DNA from: Nitrospinales bacterium
Lineage (GTDB): Bacteria > Nitrospinota > Nitrospinia > Nitrospinales > JAJDAT01
DNA: 64,000 bases
Direction of reading: 5' to 3'
NCBI GenBank assembly: GCA_038154245.1
Contig: JAYOZP010000008.1
Coordinates: 1,831-65,830, forward strand
The notes beneath the pieces are model-generated. The model was not told the origin of the DNA, searched no databases, and saw nothing but the letters and a program-made list of their open reading frames with translations. Each line of letters opens with the position of its first letter. Position 1 is the first letter of the stretch. The position numbers and the translations under genes are program-made. Positions 44,055-52,420 of this stretch are shown in pieces.

Positions 44055-45440
44055 ATGAAATATGACGCCATTATTCTCGGCGCCGGGTTATCCGGTTTGG
44101 CGGCTGGAATTCGATTAGCCTGCTACGATAAAAAAGTATGTATCGTAGAAAAACATGTCGAAATTGGAGGGTTGAACTCTTTCTATCAAATGGAAAATCG
44201 GTGGTTTGACGTTGGGCTTCACGCGATGACAAACTACACTCCAAAAGGCGTTCGCTCATCCCCATTAGGAAAGCTTCTAAAACAACTTCGATTTAAACAT
44301 GACGACTTTCAACTATGCCAACAAAAAGAATCGGAAATCAATTTCCCAGGAGTTTCTCTAAGGTTCTCCAACAATTTTGAACTTCTAAGACAAGAAATAT
44401 CGGAAAAGTTTCCAAATCAAATCGACGGTTTTGATCGATTGACTCAAAGAATTCGCGAACACGACGACCTTTCGCTAAAAAGCGGTTTTCTTTCCTCCCG
44501 ATCCGTTTTGGCGGAATACCTTACGGAACCCAAACTTGCTGAGATGTTATTTTGCCCATTAATGTTTTACGGCAATCCTCAGGCGGACGATATGGACTTT
44601 ACCCAATTCACAATCATGTTTAAAGCTATATTCCTAGAAGGTTTCGCGAAACCTTTAGGCGGAATGCGCCACATACTTAAACTGCTGGCCGACAAATACA
44701 AAAGCTACGGAGGAGAATTGAGGTTAGGGAGGGCCGTAAAATCTTTAAACTTAACAAACGAGGAAGTTAATTCAGTAACGTTAGCCAAAGGCGAAGAACT
44801 CCAGGCGGAAACCGTTATCTCATCGATTGGTTACGCCGAAACCATGCGGCTTTGCGCTCCTGGAAAGTTTTCCGAGGACTCTTTACAAGATGGGGAAATC
44901 TCTTTTGTAGAATCTCAATATGTTTTAAACATCCAACCCTCAAAAATTGGATACGATAAAAGTATCGTTTTTTTTAATACCAAGGACGAATTTAGTTATC
45001 GTAAACCCAAAGAAATGGTAGATTTATCATCGGGTATCGTCTGTTGCGCCAACAATTTTGATTATCCAGAAGAGCAAGAAGGTCTGGTCCGGTTCACTTT
45101 TTTAGCCAATCCGGATTTGTGGTTCGGGTTATCTCGGACAGAATATAAAGAAGCAAAGTCTTATTGGCAGAAAAAAACTTTGGAAGCTGTGGTCGGTTTT
45201 TTGCCCGATTTTCGCGATTCTGTGGTATTTTTAGATACTTTCACCCCAAAAACTATAAAAAAATTTACCGGACACGCTAATGGAGCCGTCTACGGATCGC
45301 CTGTTAAAATCCGAGATGGAAAAACTCCCTTGAAAAACCTATTTATTTGTGGCACTGACCAGGGTTTTTTAGGTATTATTGGAGCCACTTTGAGCGGCGT
45401 TACCGTGGCGAATATTTACGGGCTTAAAGCATCTTATTAA
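44055..45440 (+). CDS. FAD-dependent oxidoreductase, phytoene-desaturase (CrtI/COG1233) family
   Basis: N-terminal dinucleotide fold YDAIILGAGLSGLAAGIRLA..VCIVEKHVEIGG. Length is about 460 aa. Confidence 0.75.
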   Translation: MKYDAIILGAGLSGLAAGIRLACYDKKVCIVEKHVEIGGLNSFYQMENRWFDVGLHAMTNYTPKGVRSSPLGKLLKQLRFKHDDFQLCQQKESEINFPGVSLRFSNNFELLRQEISEKFPNQIDGFDRLTQRIREHDDLSLKSGFLSSRSVLAEYLTEPKLAEMLFCPLMFYGNPQADDMDFTQFTIMFKAIFLEGFAKPLGGMRHILKLLADKYKSYGGELRLGRAVKSLNLTNEEVNSVTLAKGEELQAETVISSIGYAETMRLCAPGKFSEDSLQDGEISFVESQYVLNIQPSKIGYDKSIVFFNTKDEFSYRKPKEMVDLSSGIVCCANNFDYPEEQEGLVRFTFLANPDLWFGLSRTEYKEAKSYWQKKTLEAVVGFLPDFRDSVVFLDTFTPKTIKKFTGHANGAVYGSPVKIRDGKTPLKNLFICGTDQGFLGIIGATLSGVTVANIYGLKASY

Positions 45441-45498
45441 ATAAGAGTTTAGATAAAGAAATTAAATTAGTTTTTAAAAATTTACTGTTGGAAAAATT

Positions 45499-46941
45499 AT
45501 GGCAAGGAATTGGTTAAAAGGAGCAAGGACTCGTTACGATAGCGTTGTAATAGGCAGCGGTTTAGCGGGAATGACCGCCGCAAACATGCTTGCGAAAGCC
45601 GGTCATTCGGTTTTACTTCTTGAGCAACATTACAATTTTGGCGGACTAGCTACCTGGTTTAAACGAAAAGGCGGACACATCCTAGATATTTCTCTTCACG
45701 GGTTTCCAATTGGGATGATAAAAACTTGCCGCAAATACTGGAGCAAAGAGATCGCCGATTCCATTGTTAGGCTCAAAGGAGTTCGTTTCGATAATCCTCA
45801 ATTCGCTTTTTCCACCACCTTTGACAAAATAGATTTTACCAACATTATGCGCGAGCGTTTTGGCGTGCTAAAAGAAGTGATCGACGATTTTTTTGTTACA
45901 GCTCGTCAAATGAACTTCTACGACAATCTTTCCATGACTACTCGGGATTTGTTCGAAAAGTTTTTCCCAGGAAGAACCGATATTCATCGGCTGTTAATGG
46001 AACCTATTACTTATGCGAATGGCTCTACTTTAGACGACCCCGCAGTAACCTACGGTATTGTATTTTCTAATTTCATGGACAAAGGCGTGTATACATTTAA
46101 GGGCGGGACCGACGCGCTTGTTAAAAAAATGAAAAAGGAAATGCAAAAAAATGGAGTGGACATTCGGAATCATTGCTTAGTAGACAAAATTTTAGTCGAA
46201 GATAAAAAAACTCGCGGCGTTCGGGTCAACGGTCAAGAAATTGAATCCGATGTTGTGTTGTCAAATTCAAGTTTACCGGCAACAATCCATAAGCTAACGG
46301 GAGACGAGCATTTTTCTCCAGAGTTTCTGGAAGAAGCGCGAAAAGTTAGAATGAACAACAGCAGTTGCCAAGTTTACATGGGAATAAAAAAAGGCGAAAA
46401 GATCGATTACGCCGGCGACTTGTTATTCACGTCTGTTGAAGACGAATTTAGCGCAAAATCTTTGTGCGATAAAAACGTTACCAGCAGAACATTCTCATTC
46501 TACTATCCAGAAATTAGACCGGGTTCCGATCAATACTCAATCGTTTCTTCAACAAACGCTAATTTTGAAGACTGGGCTAATTTAACTGAAGAAGAATATC
46601 ACGTCGAAAAAGATAAACTGATCGAAGACACTTTAAACGCTCTCGAAAAATACGTTCCCGACATTCGAAAGAAAGTAGATCATGTTGAAGCTTCGACTCC
46701 TAAAACGTTTAAACGTTACACCATGCACACGCGTGGATCTTCGTTTGGCACTAAGTTCGAAGGGCTCAAAATTAGTAAAGAGTTGCCCGAGCAAATTGCC
46801 GGATTATTTCATGCGGGATCGGTGGGAATAATTATGTCGGGTTGGCTGGGAGCCGCTAACTATGGCGTTATTGTTTCGAACGAGGTCGATCGATTTCTTA
46901 GAAAAATAAAATCGGAAAGATTAGAAACCGTAAGCGTCTAA
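45499..46941 (+). CDS. Second FAD-dependent oxidoreductase, phytoene-desaturase (CrtI/COG1233) family
   Basis: [37 protein letters not shown], with a C-terminal [10 protein letters not shown]-type segment. Confidence 0.75.
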   Translation: MARNWLKGARTRYDSVVIGSGLAGMTAANMLAKAGHSVLLLEQHYNFGGLATWFKRKGGHILDISLHGFPIGMIKTCRKYWSKEIADSIVRLKGVRFDNPQFAFSTTFDKIDFTNIMRERFGVLKEVIDDFFVTARQMNFYDNLSMTTRDLFEKFFPGRTDIHRLLMEPITYANGSTLDDPAVTYGIVFSNFMDKGVYTFKGGTDALVKKMKKEMQKNGVDIRNHCLVDKILVEDKKTRGVRVNGQEIESDVVLSNSSLPATIHKLTGDEHFSPEFLEEARKVRMNNSSCQVYMGIKKGEKIDYAGDLLFTSVEDEFSAKSLCDKNVTSRTFSFYYPEIRPGSDQYSIVSSTNANFEDWANLTEEEYHVEKDKLIEDTLNALEKYVPDIRKKVDHVEASTPKTFKRYTMHTRGSSFGTKFEGLKISKELPEQIAGLFHAGSVGIIMSGWLGAANYGVIVSNEVDRFLRKIKSERLETVSV

Positions 46942-47001
46942 TAACGCCGCGAAAGATCCCGTTTAGTGTAGAAACTTTTTCCCTTCCTTATAGTTATTTT
47001 T

Positions 47002-47745
47002 ATGCAATTTGATTTTTCCAACCAAACCGCCATCGTAACCGGCGGAACCCGCGGTATAGGTAGGAGCGTTTCAGAAGCGTTTTTAAAAGCAGGCGCTAAA
47101 GTTGTGGCAACTTACAAAAGTAATCACGAAGCGGCTGAATCCTTTTGCGAAGATAACTCTCAATATGCTTCTCAAATACAACTCGCGCCATTTGACGTTG
47201 CCGATAGCGAAGGAGTCGAGGGATTCTACAAACTTATGGAAGAAAAAAATGGACCCTTCCAAATTTTGGTCAATAACTCTGGAATTCGTAAAGATTCCGT
47301 TGTCGGAATGATGAAAGAAGAAGATTGGCGAGATGTTATTAACGCCAATTTAACCGGAACTTTTTTGATGAGCAAATTGGCGGTTCATCATCTTATGCGT
47401 CAAAGGTATGGACGCATCGTAACCATCACCTCTCCTATTGGGCGCATGGGTTTTGCAGGGCAATCCAATTACGCCGCTTCCAAAGCCGCGCAAGTTGCTT
47501 TCACTCAATCTTTGTCAAAAGAAGTCGCTAGTCGTGGGATCACCGCCAATTGCGTTTCGCCGGGCTTTATCGAAACGGACTTCATATCCGACCTATCTGA
47601 CAAACAGCGGGACGGCTATAAAGCTTTAGTACCGCTCAAACGATTTGGCAAACCTGAAGAAGTCGCCAATGCGGTATTGTTTCTCGCCTCCAAAGAAACC
47701 GCTTATATTACGGGAACCACTCTCGAAATATCCGGCGGACTATAA
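47002..47745 (+). CDS. fabG: 3-oxoacyl-ACP reductase (SDR)
   Basis: TGGTRGIGRS, NNSGI and YAASKAA motifs; 247 aa. Confidence 0.9.
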   Translation: MQFDFSNQTAIVTGGTRGIGRSVSEAFLKAGAKVVATYKSNHEAAESFCEDNSQYASQIQLAPFDVADSEGVEGFYKLMEEKNGPFQILVNNSGIRKDSVVGMMKEEDWRDVINANLTGTFLMSKLAVHHLMRQRYGRIVTITSPIGRMGFAGQSNYAASKAAQVAFTQSLSKEVASRGITANCVSPGFIETDFISDLSDKQRDGYKALVPLKRFGKPEEVANAVLFLASKETAYITGTTLEISGGL

Positions 47746-47756
47746 CAAATACCTTT

Positions 47757-47942
47757 TCACCGCAAAGACGCAAAGAACGCAGAGAAAAAATCAAAGACAA
47801 GACATTCAATTTCCTTCCAGAGTCTTTGTTTTCGCTTAATTAAGGATATTGAATTGTCGGTTCAGTAAATTTTAAAATAAATTATTATAGTTTTAGACTA
47901 CTCGTTTTTATCTTTCTTTGCGCCCTCTGCATCTTTGCAGTT
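47757..47942. repeat. Imperfect inverted repeat pair built from GCAAAGA/GCAGAG words, flanking about 120 nt (MITE/REP-like or bidirectional terminator)
   Basis: The left arm 47757-47789 matches the reverse complement of 47911-47942 at about 24 of 31 positions. It lies between the convergent fabG and DDAH-like genes. Confidence 0.35.
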
Positions 47943-47958
47943 CAGAAGTTTTTGGGCA

Positions 47959-48714
47959 TTAAAAAATCAACGAAAGGCAGGTTACGCCGCCATCGGCCTT
48001 TTCAAATTCGCTCATCGGGATTTGGATAACTTGAAAACCGAATTCGCGAATCCTGGCGGCTAGTTTTGGGTAACCCTGCGGAGCGATTACATAATCGCCC
48101 ACTACCAAACAATTGGCGGAATAACTTTCCTTAGAAGACACTTCAATAATTTGTAAATTTTTAAAAGCCGAAGCATCCACTCTGGAAGCGTCCAAAATAA
48201 TTTTTCCATCGCCTAGATAAGTCGCCGCGCTTTTTAAATGAAGTCCTTCCAAAACGGGAACAGCTGTAATGGTTTTTTTGGTAAACGCTTTTAAAACCTC
48301 AATACCTTCCAAATTTGTGCGCGCAGATTGCCCGATAAAAATTTCCTCATCCGTTTGCAACACGTCGCCTCCGTCTAACGTCGCCGGAGGAAGCATGTGA
48401 ACGACTGCCATATAGCGCTCGAGTTCGGCAACTATAGAATCGCCTTCGCCGCGTCGAGTTTCCGCTTTCATAGAACAAAGAACCGCTTTATCTTCTAATA
48501 TTACGACAGGGTCTTCGACAAAAGGAGCGTCTGGAAAATTTTCCTCAGGATCTAAGTGAATTACCGAAAGACCGGCGTTCGTTAAAGCGGAGGTGTATTG
48601 TCTATGCTGGTTAAGGGCTTTACCAAAGTCTATGCAATCGCTTTGGGGGTGATTAGAAATAGCGTTTGCAAAATCAGGGGTAGGTTCTCGAACTAAAGCT
48701 ATAGAACGATTCAT
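47959..48714 (-). CDS. Dimethylarginine dimethylaminohydrolase (DDAH)/amidinotransferase-family protein
   Basis: TLDGGDVL, GLHLKS and the C-terminal catalytic DGGVTCLSLIF. Confidence 0.8.
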   Translation of the reverse strand: MNRSIALVREPTPDFANAISNHPQSDCIDFGKALNQHRQYTSALTNAGLSVIHLDPEENFPDAPFVEDPVVILEDKAVLCSMKAETRRGEGDSIVAELERYMAVVHMLPPATLDGGDVLQTDEEIFIGQSARTNLEGIEVLKAFTKKTITAVPVLEGLHLKSAATYLGDGKIILDASRVDASAFKNLQIIEVSSKESYSANCLVVGDYVIAPQGYPKLAARIREFGFQVIQIPMSEFEKADGGVTCLSLIF

Positions 48715-48743
48715 GAATTAACCCCATTTAGCGTTACAAAAAC

Positions 48744-49217
48744 TTAATCGATGGTGGGAGTATTCATGAGCCGAGAGAAATTTAGCATATCAAAATTCTT
48801 TTTAGCCCCTCGATACTTTTTCATCATTTCTTTGGATGGTTTAAGATCTTCTTTGATCTTATCTTTCTGAGCGATGTAGACATAACCCTTTGTTTGCGAA
48901 AAATCGTGACGGGTTAGTTCCATAATTCTTCGATCATATTCGTCGGGATATTGGTAGTGACGATCCAGTTCGGCAAGTTTAGCCTCTTCCATTTCATATA
49001 CCATCCCGATCATCATTCCCAAATTGTCATGTGTCGGTTCAATATTGGCGTGGCCCAATCTTTCTTCCCCCCCATTATCCACGGGGATTTTATTAAAAAC
49101 CCGTTTCCAGGCCGAAAGGGTTACTGAATATTTAGTTGTGTAAGAAAATCCTAATTCTTTATAAATCTTTTCGTTGATCAGTTCATCATAAATAAATACA
49201 CGGACGATATTTGACAT
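48744..49217 (-). CDS. Gamma-glutamylcyclotransferase-like (AIG2/GGACT fold) protein
   Basis: VFIYDELIN..., GHANIEP, GMVYEM...LD..YQYPDEYDR, GYVYIA pattern. Confidence 0.55.
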   Translation of the reverse strand: MSNIVRVFIYDELINEKIYKELGFSYTTKYSVTLSAWKRVFNKIPVDNGGEERLGHANIEPTHDNLGMMIGMVYEMEEAKLAELDRHYQYPDEYDRRIMELTRHDFSQTKGYVYIAQKDKIKEDLKPSKEMMKKYRGAKKNFDMLNFSRLMNTPTID

Positions 49218-49392
49218 TCTTAGCTCTATATAAAGTAATTTTAAAAGACAAAAAATTACGAGGTTATTTTAATCTGTGTTAGGATGCTATATTAACAAAA
49301 TAACGCGATCAAATCTTTTTATATTTGCGTTTTTAAAGGATTTATAGATCCTTTTTTAATAAATTTAAAGTTACCTGGAAAGGAGTGAACTC

Positions 49393-49719
49393 ATGGCCGG
49401 CAATGTAGTTGAAGTTTCCGACGCCGAATTTGAATCGTCAATTATTCAAAGCGATAAGCCCGCTTTAGTGGATTTCTGGGCGGAGTGGTGTCAACCTTGT
49501 AAAATGCTAGCCCCGACTGTGGAAGAAATCGCAGGCGAATATATCGATAAAGTTAGAGTTGCAAAAGTAAATGTAGACGATAATCCACAAACCGCTACCA
49601 AGTTTGGTATTCGCGGTATTCCTACGCTTTTGCTTTTTAAAGAAGGAAAAGTAGTGCAACAAATGGTGGGCGTTAAACCTAAAGGCGATATCACCAAAGC
49701 AATCGACGAAATTCTATAA
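49393..49719 (+). CDS. trxA: Thioredoxin (active site WCQPC)
   Basis: LVDFWAEWCQPCKMLAP and FGIRGIPTLLLFK; 108 aa. Confidence 0.93.
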   Translation: MAGNVVEVSDAEFESSIIQSDKPALVDFWAEWCQPCKMLAPTVEEIAGEYIDKVRVAKVNVDDNPQTATKFGIRGIPTLLLFKEGKVVQQMVGVKPKGDITKAIDEIL

Positions 49720-49730
49720 AATTGGTTTCC

Positions 49731-49760
49731 CCGGCTTAAAGGTTAATAGCCTTAAGCCGG
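49731..49760 (+). terminator. Hairpin after trxA
   Basis: ccggcttaaagg / ccttaagccgg form the arms around the loop ttaatag. Confidence 0.45.
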
Positions 49761-49843
49761 ATTCGATTCATCCCGTTAGATCTCAATAACCTATATCAGA
49801 AATTCCGTAGGGCTTAAAAAGCCTTCATCCTCTGGAGTTTACG

Positions 49844-50548
49844 ATGTCGAAAAAATTGGAATGCCTCAAAAACGTTTCTATTTTTTCGGGAATGACCGAT
49901 GCCCACCTTGAAGAAATCGCTTCAATCGCCTTAGAAAAAAAATTCAAAAAAAATAAAGTCATTTTTAATAAGGGCGATCGAGGTAATGTCTTGTTCATTC
50001 TCACCACCGGAACTGTAAAACTATCTCTTTTTGACCAATCCGGTAAAGAAATGATCTTAAAAATGCTTTACAAAAACGATTTTTTTGGAGAAATGTCGCT
50101 ATTAGACGATTATTTTCGTTCAGCGACCGTCACCGCTGTGGAAGATTCAAACGCGCTTCTAATTTATAGAAACGAATTCATGCGATTGATTCACGAGTTT
50201 CCAGGTATCGCCTTGGAAATGCTGAAAGTTTTCATTCATCGTTTAAAAACAAGCGATAAAAAAATCGTTAGTCTTACTTTTTTTGACGCCTTCAGAAAAG
50301 TAAGTTCTACAATCATTGATTTAGCCGAAAAGACGGGTCGTCAAGAAGGAAAACACACCGCTATCGACTTGACATTGACGCGCCAGGACATGGCCAATAT
50401 GATTGGCTTAAGCCGGGAAACGTTAACCCGTATTTTACAAGAACTGCATTTTCGAGAGATTTTGAACGTTAGTAGGAAGAAAATAGTCATTCTCAACCCA
50501 AAAGCCTTGGAAGAAGAAGTTCAAAACGCCCGGGTTCCAAAAATCTAA
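49844..50548 (+). CDS. Crp/Fnr-family transcriptional regulator (CRP-like recognition helix)
   Basis: A cNMP-binding domain (FFGEMSLL) plus an HTH with SRETLTRIL. R, E and R occupy the positions of E. coli CRP RETVGR. Confidence 0.9.
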   Translation: MSKKLECLKNVSIFSGMTDAHLEEIASIALEKKFKKNKVIFNKGDRGNVLFILTTGTVKLSLFDQSGKEMILKMLYKNDFFGEMSLLDDYFRSATVTAVEDSNALLIYRNEFMRLIHEFPGIALEMLKVFIHRLKTSDKKIVSLTFFDAFRKVSSTIIDLAEKTGRQEGKHTAIDLTLTRQDMANMIGLSRETLTRILQELHFREILNVSRKKIVILNPKALEEEVQNARVPKI

Positions 50549-50614
50549 ATTTTGGCGATTTGCTTTCTAACCCTCCTTTTTTTAATCTCATCCAATCCTT
50601 TGCTTTTAAAAAAA

Positions 50615-50630
50615 TGTGATCTACCTCCTT
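50615..50630 (+). promoter_or_regulatory. 16-mer TGTGATCTACCTCCTT, copy upstream of FecR-2
   Basis: aaaatgtgatctacctccttttctt, 59 nt upstream of the FecR-2 start. Confidence 0.45.
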
Positions 50631-50688
50631 TTCTTAAGCAGCCTTCTTGTCGTATATTAGAATTAGATAATAATAAAATTTTCATTGC

Positions 50689-51789
50689 GTGCTTATGTTT
50701 TCGAATATCTTACAAATTTTAAATTCGAATAAATATAAAAAGTGGACTTTGCTTTCATTTTGGATGTTGGTCCTCTCGCTAAGTTGGTTGGTCGAAGCCA
50801 AAGCGCAAGAAAAACCGGTTGGAATAATCATTGGCGTTATTGGAGAAATTCAGTATAGATCCGCAGCCGACGCTCCGGACACTCCTGTTGCCGGTAAAGA
50901 AAAACCTGGCGACACAAAACTTGTTTCTTTTTCTCCCTGGGAAAAAGTTAAATTCAAGCAACCCGTTTACGCTAAAGACGAATTCAAAACTTCAAAGCGC
51001 AGTCGTCTTAAAATAAAATTTAGCGATAATAGTCTGATGGCTCTTGGTCCCAATTCTAAAATGCAAGTAGCCAAGTATGTTTACGATAAAAAAAAGAAGA
51101 TGCGCCAGGGAGTGATGAAAATTTCTTATGGGCTATCGATGTATATCGTTAACAAAAGTCAAAAAAATAAACAATCCAATTTTCAATTGGTTTCTCCAAC
51201 GGCTAATTTAGCGGCGCGCGGCACTCAGGGATATGTAAGTTCGTCTGATAAAATCACTTACTTGGCTAACCAAGCGGGGGCGATGGACTCCTCTAGTAGC
51301 GATCCAAATATTGCCGGCAACCAATTAGTTGGCGCGATGAAAAAAAATTCTATTCCAGCGGGAAAACCGCCAACCCCGCCTACAAATTTATCAAATAATG
51401 AATTAAGCGCCGTTAGAAATGTTGTTATGGGACCGATAGGTATTAACCCTAACAACCCTATAATTAAAGACTTAACCCAAACCGCGCCTGTGCAAAAGAA
51501 AAAGTCTAAAGAATCCAAAAAAGACGATAAAGGCGGCGGCGGCAAAAGCGACTCCGATAGTAAAGAAGGCGATGGCGGCGACTCGGGTGGAGACTCCGGA
51601 GGAGACAGCGCAGATTCTGGCGGAGGAGATTCCGGCGGCGGAGGTGGAGATTCTGGCGGTGGAGGAGGCGGAGGTTTTGCCGAAAGTTTTACCGCAACGG
51701 GTAGCTCCGCAGGCGGTGGCGGCGGCGGAGATTTCGCTCCAGTAAATAATCCATTTTCCCCTGCGGCGCTAAGTTCCTGTTCCGGCTAA
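50689..51789 (+). CDS. Secreted FecR-domain protein with Gly/Asp/Ser-rich tail (FecR-2)
   Basis: Paralog of 40844-41881 (KFKQPVYAKDEFKTSKRSRLKIKFSDNSLMALGPNSKMQV; FQLVSPTANLAARGTQGY). The tail ends SSCSG. Confidence 0.8.
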   Translation: MLMFSNILQILNSNKYKKWTLLSFWMLVLSLSWLVEAKAQEKPVGIIIGVIGEIQYRSAADAPDTPVAGKEKPGDTKLVSFSPWEKVKFKQPVYAKDEFKTSKRSRLKIKFSDNSLMALGPNSKMQVAKYVYDKKKKMRQGVMKISYGLSMYIVNKSQKNKQSNFQLVSPTANLAARGTQGYVSSSDKITYLANQAGAMDSSSSDPNIAGNQLVGAMKKNSIPAGKPPTPPTNLSNNELSAVRNVVMGPIGINPNNPIIKDLTQTAPVQKKKSKESKKDDKGGGGKSDSDSKEGDGGDSGGDSGGDSADSGGGDSGGGGGDSGGGGGGGFAESFTATGSSAGGGGGGDFAPVNNPFSPAALSSCSG

Positions 51790-51806
51790 GGATCATTAAC
51801 GGTAAA

Positions 51807-52121
51807 ATGTTACGCATGTTAAAAAATTCTTTCTTAATCATTGTTTTTTCTATCTTTTCAGCGCTAAATCTAGCTTCTGCTCAGACAAAAATTCCTCCAG
51901 CAGCCGAATCGGGCCTTGCCCTCAAAATGCTTAAAAAATCACAACCCGGTCGCTGGGAACCGCCTCCTCAACCTCAACCAGAAGAATTAATAATTAGAGA
52001 AGACGAAATTACTTCAAAACCCCCTTCCCCATCTGAAATAAATAAAACGATAGAGTTGGAAATTACCTCTCCGGATAAAAAATCCACAGAAAACTCGTCC
52101 AATCGCGACAAAGAGAAATAA
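51807..52121 (+). CDS. Small secreted Pro/Glu-rich protein
   Basis: Signal peptide FSALNLASA|Q. I recognise no family. Confidence 0.45.
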   Translation: MLRMLKNSFLIIVFSIFSALNLASAQTKIPPAAESGLALKMLKKSQPGRWEPPPQPQPEELIIREDEITSKPPSPSEINKTIELEITSPDKKSTENSSNRDKEK

Positions 52122-52168
52122 TATTTAAGCGGGCCTATAATAATTCATATTTTTACTAGTTTGCTATC

Positions 52169-52196
52169 GCCTAGCTCCTAGTTTTAAGAGCTAGGC
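52169..52196 (+). terminator. Hairpin after the small secreted-protein gene
   Basis: gcctagct (52169-52176) pairs with agctaggc (52189-52196), followed by tctt..atttt. Confidence 0.35.
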
Positions 52197-52211
52197 TCTT
52201 AGCAATTTTGA

Positions 52212-52233
52212 ATTTTTAAAGATTCCCTTAAAA
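52212..52233 (+). promoter_or_regulatory. 22-nt near-palindromic motif, copy 3 (2 mismatches)
   Basis: atttttaaagattcccttaaaa, about 190 nt upstream of the giant gene. Confidence 0.4.
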
Positions 52234-52310
52234 GTTGAGAAAATTCTTCAGAAAGACCTGAAAAAAGACCCACCAAAAACGATTGAATTTTCTCAAAAAA
52301 ACTTTGCAAA

Positions 52311-52326
52311 TGTGACGTATCTCCTT
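52311..52326 (+). promoter_or_regulatory. 16-mer TGTGACGTATCTCCTT, copy upstream of the giant TpsA-like gene
   Basis: caaatgtgacgtatctccttacttttt, 95 nt upstream of TTG 52421. Confidence 0.45.
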
Positions 52327-52420
52327 ACTTTTTAACCAAAAAAGCCGTACAATCTAGAGACTACATTAAGGTCTTTTTTCTCAAATTGAGACGGGTTATC
52401 AATTACCGAGGAAACTCTTT

